Shown in pieces: positions 48,413-58,699 of a DNA stretch of 64,000 bases. The stretch comes from Candidatus Pacearchaeota archaeon. GTDB lineage: Archaea > Nanobdellota > Nanobdellia > Pacearchaeales > JAPDKA01. Each line of letters starts with the position of its first letter. Positions within the stretch are counted from its first letter, which is position 1. Under the pieces are notes generated by a model. That model saw only the letters and a list, made by a program, of their open reading frames with translations. It made no database searches and was not told the DNA's origin. Location: the NCBI GenBank assembly GCA_038840695.1, contig JAWBVE010000004.1, positions 774 through 64,773 of the forward strand, read 5' to 3'. A program made the translations under genes and the position numbers.

Positions 48413-49093
48413 ATGGCAGAAATAGCGCGAGGAGCAGAAGCAGTTCTTTATAGAAGCAATGGCAAGCTCTTGAAAATAAGAGAGAGTAAAGAATATAGAC
48501 ATAAAGAAATTGATGTAGAGCTAAGAAAATATAGAACAAGGCATGAGGGAAGAATTATTCAGAGACTTTCTCATATAATTCCAGTGCCGATTGTTTATGA
48601 AGTTAATGAGGAGAGCAGTAAGATTGTGATGGAATTTATTGAAGGAAAAAAGTTAAGTGAAAGCCTAGAAAGCTTTAGTCACGCAGAGCGAGAGATTATT
48701 GCTACACAGGTAGGAGAGAGCATTGCATTGATGCATAATGTAGGCATTATACATGGTGATCTAACGACGAGTAACATGATCTATAGAGAAGGAAAGGTCT
48801 ACTTTATTGATTTTGGTCTTGCTTTTCATAGCCAGCGAATAGAAGATAAGGCGGTAGATATCTACTTGCTTATTCAAGCTTTGAAGGCAAAGCACTATAA
48901 AATATGGCGCGCCTTTGTTGAAGCCATATTAAAAGCTTATTTTAAAAAAGTAGATAATGGCCAAGCAATAAAGGCACAACTCGCAAAAGTCGAGGCTCGA
49001 CGAAGATACAAGGGAAAGGCAACCAAAGAAGGCAAGGAAAGTGCAAAAGGAGAAGGCGAGGAAGGCATGAGCGAAAGCATTGAAATGCATTGA
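48413..49093 (+). CDS. bud32: KEOPS complex kinase Bud32
   Basis: GAEA, K.YRH..ID..LR..RT..E, IHGDLTTSNM, IDFGL, EDKAVD; ATG 48413 preceded by GAGAGGA. Confidence 0.95.
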   Translation: MAEIARGAEAVLYRSNGKLLKIRESKEYRHKEIDVELRKYRTRHEGRIIQRLSHIIPVPIVYEVNEESSKIVMEFIEGKKLSESLESFSHAEREIIATQVGESIALMHNVGIIHGDLTTSNMIYREGKVYFIDFGLAFHSQRIEDKAVDIYLLIQALKAKHYKIWRAFVEAILKAYFKKVDNGQAIKAQLAKVEARRRYKGKATKEGKESAKGEGEEGMSESIEMH

Positions 49094-49114
49094 AATCAAT
49101 TTTTAAATCAATTT

Positions 49115-50887
49115 TTAAGGCTCAATTTCTATTTTCCAGTCTGGGAGTGCTTTCTCCAAGAGATGGGCTGTGACAATTCTCGGTTCATAGCCATATTTAC
49201 TGTCACTTTTGCATACTTTGATTTTTTTATTTTTTGAATCAATTTCCATCAATCCTCCACCAATGGGTTTAATGTGATAATCCTCTATAATGTCAGAAAC
49301 TCCCTTTTCTCTAGTATCACATACAAGAGATAAATAACCATCTCTATTAAGCCCAAGTACAAATGATCCTTCTTCCTTAGGTTTTTCCCCATAAACTAAC
49401 TCTACATAAGCATCATATGGAAAGTAAAGTACTTTTTTTTCTATCCGCTCTCCAGCTCTCACAACATGGATGCCTTCTTTTCTTGCATATTCCTCTATCT
49501 CTTCAGGGAAAAGGCTCTCAACCTTTTTTGGCACTTTTAACTTTATTCCTAAAATTTCCGCCTCTTTCTCCATTCCCCTTGCAAAATTAACGAGCCCTTT
49601 CCTCAATGCTGATAAATATGCTTCACTTAATTTTTCTGCAGCTTTTTCTTCATTTAGTTTTATCCTTTGCTTCTCTGCATATTCCTTAACCCATTTTCCC
49701 CTCACATAATCAGTGGTTGAGCTTAGAGCATGTAAATATCCTTCATTTAAGGCTTCGTTAACTTTTTCTCCTTTTTCTAGTTCTATCCCTTTTCTTTTTG
49801 CATAATTCTCAATCCTTTCTGCTTCCTTTACATCACCTTCTCTTAAGCATCGTAAATATCCTTCATTTAAAGCCCCTTCAATTTCTTTTTTTAGTTCAAT
49901 GTCAACATACTTTGCTAAATCTTCAATTTCATATACTTTCTCTAATTTACCTTCTTTTAACTTAGTAACAAATGCTTTATCAAGTGCTTCCTTTATTTTT
50001 CTTTTGTCTAGCTCAATTCCTTTTTCTTTTGCGATATATGTAATATCTTTTGCAGAATTAAAGTATCCTTCCTCTATATCATTTAAACACTCTTGCCCTA
50101 ATTTTTCTTTCAATTTTTTGCTTAATTTCTCACCTAAATTTTTTTCTACATATTCCTTAATTTCTTTGTTGGATTTATATTTTTCTTCAATTTTTTTGGT
50201 AGAAGCTCTTCCAGACTCTGTCACAATTTTTCTTAAATGCTCTATATAACCTTCAGCTAGCGCATCATCAAATTTTTCATCTTTTTCTAATTTTATAGAT
50301 CTTTCTGTTGCATATTCTTCAATTTCTTTTATTTGTTTGAGTTTTTTGTCCTTTATATCCTTCAAAGTTTTTAAATATCCTTCCTTCAAAGCTTCTTTTA
50401 CTTCTCTATCTACTTCTAATTTTATTTCTTTTTCTCTTGCATATTCCTCTATTTCTTTTGCATAGTTAATCTCGCCCTCCTTTAAAACATTTAAATACCC
50501 TTTTTTAATTGCTTTTTCTATCTCTTTTCCTTTTAATTCTATACCTTTCTTTTCAGCATATTCTTCGATATCTTTTGCTATTAATATTCTCCCTTCGCTT
50601 AATTCCTTGAGGTATGCATTATTAATTGCACCTTCCAATTTATCTTTTTCTAGTTCTAATTTTATTCCTTTCTCTTTTGCATATTCCTCAACCTTTCTTG
50701 CAGAAGCTATTCTTCCTTGCTCAATACAACCTATCAGTCCTTCTTCCAATGCTTTTTTTGAAAAAGGAATAGATTCTATTATTTGCTTTTCTATAGTTTC
50801 TATGTACTCTTCCTTGTGAAATGTTGCTTTTGTCTTTTTTAATTTCTCAATTCCAGCCCCACACCCTTTAAAACTTACAATCGTCAT
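49115..50887 (-). CDS. Helical-repeat protein with C-terminal Janus/Ocnus-like domain
   Basis: About 10 repeats of about 40 aa (AL.EGYL..L.EG....A..IEEYA...GI.L); C-terminus GGG....D...KKI.V...S.YG....T..LL....PD. Confidence 0.7.
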   Translation of the reverse strand: MTIVSFKGCGAGIEKLKKTKATFHKEEYIETIEKQIIESIPFSKKALEEGLIGCIEQGRIASARKVEEYAKEKGIKLELEKDKLEGAINNAYLKELSEGRILIAKDIEEYAEKKGIELKGKEIEKAIKKGYLNVLKEGEINYAKEIEEYAREKEIKLEVDREVKEALKEGYLKTLKDIKDKKLKQIKEIEEYATERSIKLEKDEKFDDALAEGYIEHLRKIVTESGRASTKKIEEKYKSNKEIKEYVEKNLGEKLSKKLKEKLGQECLNDIEEGYFNSAKDITYIAKEKGIELDKRKIKEALDKAFVTKLKEGKLEKVYEIEDLAKYVDIELKKEIEGALNEGYLRCLREGDVKEAERIENYAKRKGIELEKGEKVNEALNEGYLHALSSTTDYVRGKWVKEYAEKQRIKLNEEKAAEKLSEAYLSALRKGLVNFARGMEKEAEILGIKLKVPKKVESLFPEEIEEYARKEGIHVVRAGERIEKKVLYFPYDAYVELVYGEKPKEEGSFVLGLNRDGYLSLVCDTREKGVSDIIEDYHIKPIGGGLMEIDSKNKKIKVCKSDSKYGYEPRIVTAHLLEKALPDWKIEIEP

Positions 50888-51028
50888 TTTTTGTCTTTTT
50901 CGACTTATGATTTATTTAATCATTACATTTTTTAAATATTTTGCAGGCAAGCCGAGAAGATTGCAGAATGCGCTTATTGCATGGCATTTAATTAAGTTTT
51001 TAAAATTCTCGGCGCTTTTATAATAAGC

Positions 51029-51101
51029 AGCCCCGTGGTGTAGCGGTCAAGCATACAGGCCTTTGGAGCCTGTGACGTCGGTTCGAATCCGACCGGGGCT
51101 A
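51029..51101 (+). tRNA. tRNA-Gln(TTG)
   Basis: Acceptor AGCCCCG/CGGGGCT; anticodon arm CAGGC-CTTTGGA-GCCTG; GTTCGAATC. Confidence 0.96.
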
Positions 51102-51107
51102 TAAGAA

Positions 51108-54100
51108 ATGGAATCGAAAAGAGGGCAGGGAAAAAAGCAAAAGTTAAAGCTTAAAGGCAAGAGCTTGAGCTTTCTTTTTCTTTTTATTTTATTTTTGCTT
51201 TTATTGCTTTGCCTTGCTTCTTATTTTTCTCTTTCTTATTCCAAAGCTTTGACTTTTTCATTCTTTCCTTATTTTATTAAGGAAGAGATAAGTAAGATAA
51301 GCACTGGTGAAAATATGGGCAGCAGTAGCGAGAATGTTAAGATAAGTGAGGATGTGTTGGAAGCACTGACGGCAGGGCAAAAGGTCAGAGTTGCAGTTGT
51401 TTTAAAAAGAGAGAAAAGAAATTTGAAAGGAATAAATGAAATTTCAAACCTGATTGAAAGCTCGGTTGGGAAAAAAATAAAGCATAAATTTTCTAATGCC
51501 ATAATAACTCTTGATGTTACAGAGCCAGAGCTTGAGGCTTTGAGGCATTTGAAAGGAATTGAGAGGATAGAAAAAGTTGGCATAAAGCAGGTTTTCTTGC
51601 AAGATAGTGTTAATATTGTAAATGCAAGTCAAGTCTGGAATTTGCAAGTTAATGGTGTTAATATAACGGGAGCAGGCGAAAGTGTTTGTGTTATTGATAC
51701 TGGCATAAATTATTCGCATGCTGATTTAGGTGGTTGCTTTGGGGCTGGCTGTAAAGTTATTAGCGGCTATGATTTTTGTGCAGATGACTCAACTTGTAGT
51801 ACTAGCGACTCTGATCCGAGAGATGTTCATGGTCATGGCACGCATGTTGCAGGCATTATAGCTGCTAGCGGCTCTATTAAAGGCATAGCTCCTGATGCTA
51901 AGCTTATTGCTTTAAAAGTTTGTAATGCAACAGGCTCTTGTTGGGATGATGATGTAAAAGCGGCAATTGATTGGTGTATTGCAAATGCATCTATCTTTAA
52001 CATTTCAGTCATAAGCATTTCTCTTGGCGGCGGACTTTATGCTAACTATTGTGACTATATTGATGATCCGCAAAATATAACTGCAAGTATAAATAGCGCA
52101 GTAGCTAATAACATATCAGTAATAGCGGCTAGTGGCAATCAAGGAAGTACAACACGCATTGCAAGCCCTGCATGTATAAGGAATGTAACAGCTGTAGCAG
52201 CAACAACGAAGAGTGATGCAATATGGAGTTCATCAAATAGAAATAATATAACAGATCTAGTGGCCCCTGGAGAAAACATAAACTCAACTTGTATAGATGG
52301 CAGTTATTGTTTAAAAAGCGGCACGAGCATGGCAACTCCTCATGTTTCAGGAGCTTTTGCTCTGATTAGGCAATTTAAAAGATTAGAAAAAAATAAAATC
52401 TTAACACCTCAACAAATTCAGGATGTGTTAAATAATAGCGGCAAGCTAATTTATGATTCAGGAAGCGGCTTAAATTTTTCTCGCATTAACGTTTATTCAG
52501 CAATTTTAAGCATAGACGAGACCGCTCCTGAAATTCAATTTGTTGCTCCGACAGAGGCGAGTGGTGCATTGTTGAGCAGAAATTATATTCAAGTAAATGT
52601 TACAGCAAGCGATAGCATTAGTGGATTAAAAAATATGACGGCTTATTTATATAATGCAACACATCTAATTAATTCAACAAGCTCGAATGGGGCAAGTGGA
52701 ACTTTATTTATCAATTTCACTAATCTTAGTGATGGCGTTTATTATTTTAATGCAACAGCCTACGACAATGCTGGCAACTTGAATGTTACAGAAACACGAA
52801 ATGTAACAATCGACACAACAAGCCCGGCCATTCAATTTGTTGCTCCTACGCCGAGCAATGGCAGCTTTGTAAATGCTAGCTGGATTTTTATTAATATAAG
52901 CTCAAATGAGGCTTTGAGCATGGCAATTCTTGAGTGGAATGGCACAAATGAGAGCATGCAAGGTAGTGGAAGCAATTGGTATCTTAACAAAACATCTCTT
53001 GCTGAAGAAAGTTATAGCTTTAAGGTCTATGCTAATGACTCTGTTGGCAATACGAATGTAACACAAGAAATGATTGTTTCAATTGATCTTACACAACCAA
53101 CAATAGAATTTAATCCAGATAGCGATATAAGCGGAACTTATGAGAGAGATTGGATTTTTGTTAATGTAAGTTGCTCTGATTTGCATAAAAGTTTAGTATT
53201 ATTAAATTGGAATGGAACAGATGAAGGTTTTGATAGCAGTGAAGGCGATAGCTATTGGAAAAACAAAACTGGCTTGAGCGATGGAGAGCATATCTTTTAT
53301 GCCTGGTGCAATGATGCTGCTGGAAATAGCAATTTCACTGAAGCACGAGTAGTAATTATTGCTGCACAACCACCTGCAATAGCTCTTGAAAGTCCGCCGG
53401 GTGAATTAGCAACAAACAATGTAACAATTCAGTTTAATTGTTCTGCAAGTGATGGAAATGGTTTAGCCAATATTACACTCTGGCACAACTTTGGTGGATG
53501 GCATGCAAATGAGACTCATGCTGTGAGTGGGCAAAGTAATGCTACAGTATTCATAAAGGAATTTGCCGATGGAAACTATGTCTGGAGTTGTTCTGCATGT
53601 GATAGTTTTGGGCAATGCAATGAAAGCGGTCAAAACAGAAGTTTTGTGATAGATACCATTATGCCAAGCATTGATAATGTGAATGTTACAGGGCTAACTT
53701 CTTCGAGTGCAACAATTGTTTGGGATACTAGTGAAAGCAGTAATTCGAGTATAAATTATGGCAAAAGTCTTGCTTTAGGAATGCTAAGAGCAGATGCCAA
53801 CTTAGTTTTGCAGCATTCAATTACTTTAAATGGCTTAAGTGCATCGACTCTTTATTATTACAATGTAACTAGCTGTGATATTGCAGGCAATTGCAATACA
53901 ACAGGGCCTTTCAATTTCACTACCCTCGCTGGCGGAGGAGGCGGCGGTGGCGGAGGCGCAGGCGGTGGTGGAGCTGGAGGAGGAGCTGGAGGAGGAGCAG
54001 CAGGCGGAGCTGGCGGCGGTTTTGGCGGAGTAAGCGAAGCGAGCCAAACTGAAAAAGGCAGCACATTTGATATTTCACAAGAGCTTGAGACAAATTTATT

Positions 54101-54677
54101 TTCTAAAGTAGAAGTTAAAGCCAAGGATAAAATTATTTTTAAATTAAAAGCCGAGCAGCATACTATTTTTATTGAAGCTATAGGAAGCGATTTTATTGAG
54201 ATAACTGTTAAGAGTAATGAAATAAGAAAAAGAATTTATTTAAATGAGAAAGTCAGCTTTGATATTGATGCTGATAACAAGGCCGATTTTTCTCTAACTT
54301 TAGAAAGAATTATTGACAGAAAAGCTGTAATAAAGCTTGAGCTTCTTTGTGATTGCCCGCAATGCAGTGCATGGAGTGCTTGTGTTAATGGCACAACGAG
54401 CAGGGAATGCTATCGATGTGTGCTTGGAGAGTGCCAAGCCTTTAACGAGACAATATCGTGCCAAGTGCCAAAACAAATAAAAGCAGCAAAATTACTTAAG
54501 CTTTTCTTAGTGCTTGGGGTAATAATTTCCATAATTCTTGCATTAATTGTTATTGGAATAATGAGACTTCTAAGAGAAGAGAAAAGGGAAGGGAGGAAAG
54601 AAGAAAGAGGAGAGGAGAAAAAAGAAGAAAAAAGCAGGCAGAAAATATTTGAAAAAGCACAAATAGAGGGAACATAA
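51108..54677 (+). CDS. Membrane-anchored S8 (subtilisin-like) serine protease with Ig/FN3 repeats
   Basis: VIDTG, HGHGTHVAG, SGN, SGTSMATPHV; repeated D.AGN.N.T Ig-like units; poly-Gly linker; C-terminal TM. Confidence 0.93.
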   Translation: MESKRGQGKKQKLKLKGKSLSFLFLFILFLLLLLCLASYFSLSYSKALTFSFFPYFIKEEISKISTGENMGSSSENVKISEDVLEALTAGQKVRVAVVLKREKRNLKGINEISNLIESSVGKKIKHKFSNAIITLDVTEPELEALRHLKGIERIEKVGIKQVFLQDSVNIVNASQVWNLQVNGVNITGAGESVCVIDTGINYSHADLGGCFGAGCKVISGYDFCADDSTCSTSDSDPRDVHGHGTHVAGIIAASGSIKGIAPDAKLIALKVCNATGSCWDDDVKAAIDWCIANASIFNISVISISLGGGLYANYCDYIDDPQNITASINSAVANNISVIAASGNQGSTTRIASPACIRNVTAVAATTKSDAIWSSSNRNNITDLVAPGENINSTCIDGSYCLKSGTSMATPHVSGAFALIRQFKRLEKNKILTPQQIQDVLNNSGKLIYDSGSGLNFSRINVYSAILSIDETAPEIQFVAPTEASGALLSRNYIQVNVTASDSISGLKNMTAYLYNATHLINSTSSNGASGTLFINFTNLSDGVYYFNATAYDNAGNLNVTETRNVTIDTTSPAIQFVAPTPSNGSFVNASWIFINISSNEALSMAILEWNGTNESMQGSGSNWYLNKTSLAEESYSFKVYANDSVGNTNVTQEMIVSIDLTQPTIEFNPDSDISGTYERDWIFVNVSCSDLHKSLVLLNWNGTDEGFDSSEGDSYWKNKTGLSDGEHIFYAWCNDAAGNSNFTEARVVIIAAQPPAIALESPPGELATNNVTIQFNCSASDGNGLANITLWHNFGGWHANETHAVSGQSNATVFIKEFADGNYVWSCSACDSFGQCNESGQNRSFVIDTIMPSIDNVNVTGLTSSSATIVWDTSESSNSSINYGKSLALGMLRADANLVLQHSITLNGLSASTLYYYNVTSCDIAGNCNTTGPFNFTTLAGGGGGGGGGAGGGGAGGGAGGGAAGGAGGGFGGVSEASQTEKGSTFDISQELETNLFSKVEVKAKDKIIFKLKAEQHTIFIEAIGSDFIEITVKSNEIRKRIYLNEKVSFDIDADNKADFSLTLERIIDRKAVIKLELLCDCPQCSAWSACVNGTTSRECYRCVLGECQAFNETISCQVPKQIKAAKLLKLFLVLGVIISIILALIVIGIMRLLREEKREGRKEERGEEKKEEKSRQKIFEKAQIEGT

Positions 54678-54733
54678 ATAGAGCCTAGTAGGGCTTAGCA
54701 AATCTTTTTAAAACTTAATCAAATATTCTTGGA

Positions 54734-55195
54734 ATGGAGAGCGAGAAAAAGAAAGAGAAAAGTGAGAAAGAAAAGGAGAGAAAAGAAGAAAAAAAGAAAA
54801 AAGTGAAAGTGACAAAGGTGGGGCGAGCAGAGAAAGCAGAGAGGATGGCGATTGGGGAGAAAGCGCAAATGCCAAAATCAGATGAAGTTGAAAAGCTTGT
54901 AGTTGAGCTTTTTAAGCAAGGTAATAGCCCGGAAAAAATAGGAATGATTCTGCGTGATAGCTATGGCATTGGCGATGTTAAAGCTATAACTGGAAAAAAA
55001 ATTACTCGAATTTTAAAAGAAAAAGGTTTTAAGGTTTTTCCTCCAGATCTTCTTGCCCTGCAAGAAAAAATGAAAGCTTTGCAGAAACATTTTGAAAAGC
55101 ATAAGCATGATTATGTTGCAAAGCGGAGACTACAAAGGCTCGAAGCACAAATAAGAATTTTGACTGATTATCATAAAAGAAGACATAATATATAG
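54734..55195 (+). CDS. rps15: 30S ribosomal protein uS15 (S15/S13e)
   Basis: L.KQG.SPEKIG.ILRDSYG..DVK.ITGKKI.RIL, P.DL, H...H.HD...R.L...E..I..L..Y. Confidence 0.93.
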   Translation: MESEKKKEKSEKEKERKEEKKKKVKVTKVGRAEKAERMAIGEKAQMPKSDEVEKLVVELFKQGNSPEKIGMILRDSYGIGDVKAITGKKITRILKEKGFKVFPPDLLALQEKMKALQKHFEKHKHDYVAKRRLQRLEAQIRILTDYHKRRHNI

Positions 55196-55407
55196 CAGCA
55201 AAGCCAGGAGAGAGAACGAACGGAGCAACACGGGCTAGGCAATGGAGGCAGGAAAAATGAACGAGACAGGCAAAAGAGACGAGACGCGAGAGAGTTGAGA
55301 GGCAAGAGGTACAAGATGAGAAGCTTTGAGGCAGTTGAGTTAAACATTGAGTTTGGTTATTGGAAAGGAGTTCTAAAAGCTTTTAAATTAAGGCCTTAAG
55401 CTTTTTT

Positions 55408-57045
55408 ATGGAAATACTTGAATTTATAAAAAAAACTGCAAGTGCTTTTTCTAAAGCAATAGAAAGCAATAAGCAAATAGCTCTTTTTTGCCATTATGAT
55501 GCAGATGGCCTAAGCTCAGTAGCTCTTTTCGCTAAAGTGCTCAAAGCCTTAAACAAAAAATTTTTTATTAGAGTTTTAAATAGCTTAGATGAATCAATTG
55601 TCAAAGAAATAAAACAAGAAAGCAAAAATTTTTCAGCAGCAGTCTTTCTTGATCTGGCTTCTAATGCCGATTTTTCAGGATTTGAGTGTGATGTGTTTGT
55701 TATTGATCATCATATAATAAGGAAGCAAAGTCAAGAAGAAAGCCAAGAACAAGAAGAGCAAGAGAGGCAAGATTGGCAAGACGTGCAAGATTGGCAAGAT
55801 GGAAAAGATGTGCAAGTGCAAGAGGAGGAACGAGAGGGGCAGCCAGGAGCAAAGCAAGAGCAAGATTGGCAAGAGCAAGAAAGTCAAGAGCAGAGAAAAA
55901 GAGTGCATTTAATTAATTACAGGCTATTTCAAGATAGCGAGGATTATGAAACAAGCGCGAGCATTTTGAGTTATTTTTTTGTTTCAAGCTTGGATTTTGT
56001 GCATAAAAGCCATAGCCATAAAAGCCTTGAGCTAAAGCAACTTAAGCCAATAGCTCTTATTGGGCTTATTGGTGATGGCCTTGATAGGAGGCTCAGTAAG
56101 CTTAGTAGCTTTTTTTTAAAAAAAGCAAGAGAAAGCGGGGCAATTGATATTAAAAAAGGAATTAGCATTTTTTCATATTCGAGGCCAATTCATAGAGCTA
56201 TTGAATTTAGCTCAATATACATTCCGGGAATAACTGGTAATAGCGAAGCTGTGGTAGAATTTCTTAGAAGTTTAGGCATTGAATTAAAAGAGGGCAATAA
56301 ATATAGAACATTTGCTGATTTAAGCAAAGAAGAGATTTCAAGGTTAATAACTGCCATTGCCACTTTAAGAGCTTATGAAAACAAAGGGATTGATTTTATA
56401 GGAAATGTTTACTTGGCTAGATTTTTTGATACAGTAGAAGATGCAAAAGAAATAACAACAGCAATAAATGCATGTGGCAGACTTGGCAAAGGCTATTTGC
56501 CTCTTGCCTACTTGCTTGGGAACAAAAGGGCTCAAGAGCTTATAGAAAAAACATATGCTGAATACAAGTTTGAAATAATGAAAGCATTTGAATATATAAA
56601 TGAAATACAGCAAAATGAAACAAATCAGGAAAATGAGATAAATGAAAAAGGTGAAATGAATGAGAGAAATCAAATTATTAAAAATCGAATTATCAAAGGA
56701 GATAATTGGATAATCATAGACGGGCATGATAAAATAAAGGATAGCATAATAGGTGTTATCTGCTCAATGATTGCTAACTCTGGCATTTATAAAGATGGCT
56801 CTGTAATAGTTGGGTTAGCAGATAGGCACGATGGAGATGAAGTTAAAACCAAGGTTAGCATAAGAACTGTCAATAGCCCAAAAGCTCTTGCTTTATTGAA
56901 TAAAGTGGCTCAAGTTGTGAATATTAGTGAGATGGGAGGCCATGAGATGGCCGCCGGAGCATGGCTTGATATTAGGCAAAAAGGAGCATTTTTAAAATGT
57001 ATAGAAAAAATTTTGCAAGAAGAAAGCGTGACAATAAAAATTTAA
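55408..57045 (+). CDS. DHH/RecJ-like phosphoesterase
   Basis: HYDADG, LDL, IDHH, NACGR, DHHA1 GGH..AAG; conserved position after uS15. Confidence 0.9.
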   Translation: MEILEFIKKTASAFSKAIESNKQIALFCHYDADGLSSVALFAKVLKALNKKFFIRVLNSLDESIVKEIKQESKNFSAAVFLDLASNADFSGFECDVFVIDHHIIRKQSQEESQEQEEQERQDWQDVQDWQDGKDVQVQEEEREGQPGAKQEQDWQEQESQEQRKRVHLINYRLFQDSEDYETSASILSYFFVSSLDFVHKSHSHKSLELKQLKPIALIGLIGDGLDRRLSKLSSFFLKKARESGAIDIKKGISIFSYSRPIHRAIEFSSIYIPGITGNSEAVVEFLRSLGIELKEGNKYRTFADLSKEEISRLITAIATLRAYENKGIDFIGNVYLARFFDTVEDAKEITTAINACGRLGKGYLPLAYLLGNKRAQELIEKTYAEYKFEIMKAFEYINEIQQNETNQENEINEKGEMNERNQIIKNRIIKGDNWIIIDGHDKIKDSIIGVICSMIANSGIYKDGSVIVGLADRHDGDEVKTKVSIRTVNSPKALALLNKVAQVVNISEMGGHEMAAGAWLDIRQKGAFLKCIEKILQEESVTIKI

Positions 57046-57092
57046 GCAAAAATTTAAGCAAACTTAAGCAAAAACTTTAAAAAGAAAGAGAA

Positions 57093-57130
57093 TAAAAATT
57101 ATCATAAAGAGTAAAAATTATCATAAAGAG
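57093..57130 (+). repeat. Perfect 19-bp tandem duplication TAAAAATTATCATAAAGAG
   Basis: Read directly upstream of psmA; preceded by GCAAAAATTTAA-type repeats. Confidence 0.85.
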
Positions 57131-57137
57131 AAGAAAA

Positions 57138-57866
57138 ATGACAGATGGTGACTTTCAAAGTCAGTTGATGGGATATGATAGAGCGAGTACACTCTTCAGT
57201 CCAGAAGGACGTATCTTTCAAGTAGAGTATGCAGAAAAGACAGTTAGGCTTGGTGCAGATAGTATGGGCTTTGTTTGTAAGGACGGAGTTTTACTTATGG
57301 CTGATAAGAGAATGCTTGATAGCTTGATGGTTGGAAAAAGTATTTTTAAGATTTATGAAATAGACAACCATATCATAGCAAGTGCAGCCGGAATTTTGAG
57401 CGATGCGAGAGTATTGATTGAAAGGGCTCAGCTTTATGCACAACAGCATAGAGTAACTTTCGATGATGATGTTGAGATAGAGGCAGTTGTTAGGGATATA
57501 TGTAATATAAAGCAGGCATTTACTCAATATGGTGGTGTAAGGCCTTTTGGCGTTCAAATTATGCTTGCTGGAATAAATATTGATGGCTCAAAAAGACTTT
57601 ATGTTACTGATGTGACCGGAAACTATAATGCATATTATGCTTTTGCAATTGGTGAGCATGATGAAAAAATCAAGGAAATTTTGCGTAAAGAGTATCGAGA
57701 AAGTACAATTAATGAAACAATAAAATTTGGCTTGAAGATATTTAAAAAAATTCTTGGCAAAGATTTTAATTATGAGAGGATTGATGTGATGTATGTTAGG
57801 GATAAGGACAGAAAGGCTGTAAAATTAGATCCTGAAGATATCAAAAAGCTTGATAAAGAAAAATAA
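57138..57866 (+). CDS. psmA: Proteasome alpha subunit
   Basis: GYDRA.T.FSPEGRIFQVEYA, TQYGGVRPFGV. Confidence 0.98.
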   Translation: MTDGDFQSQLMGYDRASTLFSPEGRIFQVEYAEKTVRLGADSMGFVCKDGVLLMADKRMLDSLMVGKSIFKIYEIDNHIIASAAGILSDARVLIERAQLYAQQHRVTFDDDVEIEAVVRDICNIKQAFTQYGGVRPFGVQIMLAGINIDGSKRLYVTDVTGNYNAYYAFAIGEHDEKIKEILRKEYRESTINETIKFGLKIFKKILGKDFNYERIDVMYVRDKDRKAVKLDPEDIKKLDKEK

Positions 57867-57869
57867 GCA

Positions 57870-58622
57870 ATGGAACATCCAAAAAGGCTTGAGGCGAATA
57901 TAGCTAGAATAAAAAAACTTGGCAAAGATTTTGAAATTATTCTTGATGATGTTGAAGAAGCTTTGAGGCTGAGAGAAAAGTTGAGGCAGTCTAGGAAGCA
58001 AGGCAAAAAAGTTGAGGAGACAGAGATTATTGACAGCATACAGAAAATTTGTCCGGTAAATACAATCTTTCTTGATGAAAAAAAAGGCTTGAAGCCGACA
58101 GAAGCTCAACTTAATGAGGCTTTTGGCACGACTGATTTTTTTACAATAGCTGCAGAAATAATTGAGAGCGGTGATATTGTGTTGCCGCTTGAATTAAGAA
58201 AAAAGTTGAGAGAGCAAAAATTTAGACAGATTGTTGATTTCATAGCAAGAAATGCTATCGATCCAAGGACAAAGACTTTGCATCCTCCAGAGCGTGTCGA
58301 GGCAGCCCTTAAGCAGATTGGAGCTAAAATTGATGAGATGAAAAGCATAGACGAGCAAATACAACAAATTGTAAATGACTTGTCAAAAGTGCTGCCAATA
58401 AAACTTGAAACAAGAAAGCTAGAAGTGATTGTGCCAGCAGCATTCACTGCTAAGGCCTATGGGTTAATCACAAAATATAACAGGCAGCAAGAGGAGTGGC
58501 TAGATGATGGAAGCTTGAAAGTTATCATAGCTTTGCCAAGTGCGCTTCAGCCAGAATTTTTCGATAAGCTTAATAAAGCCACTAACGGCACAGCACTAAC
58601 AAAAGATCTCGGCGAAGCTTGA
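57870..58622 (+). CDS. Ribosome maturation protein SBDS/Sdo1
   Basis: ARI...G..FEI, IF.D.KKG, AFGT.D, IDPRT...HPPER, EEW..DGS. Confidence 0.95.
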   Translation: MEHPKRLEANIARIKKLGKDFEIILDDVEEALRLREKLRQSRKQGKKVEETEIIDSIQKICPVNTIFLDEKKGLKPTEAQLNEAFGTTDFFTIAAEIIESGDIVLPLELRKKLREQKFRQIVDFIARNAIDPRTKTLHPPERVEAALKQIGAKIDEMKSIDEQIQQIVNDLSKVLPIKLETRKLEVIVPAAFTAKAYGLITKYNRQQEEWLDDGSLKVIIALPSALQPEFFDKLNKATNGTALTKDLGEA

Positions 58623-58699
58623 TTGCTTTTTTGCTTTTTGGCTAGAGCTTGTAACATATAAAGTAAAACAAAAAGTTTTAAATAAAAATGACTTATTCT

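Noticed and set aside
53930..54030. Very GC-rich tract suggesting an RNA gene or foreign insert
   Set aside because: Fully explained as the in-frame poly-Gly/Ala linker of the S8 protease
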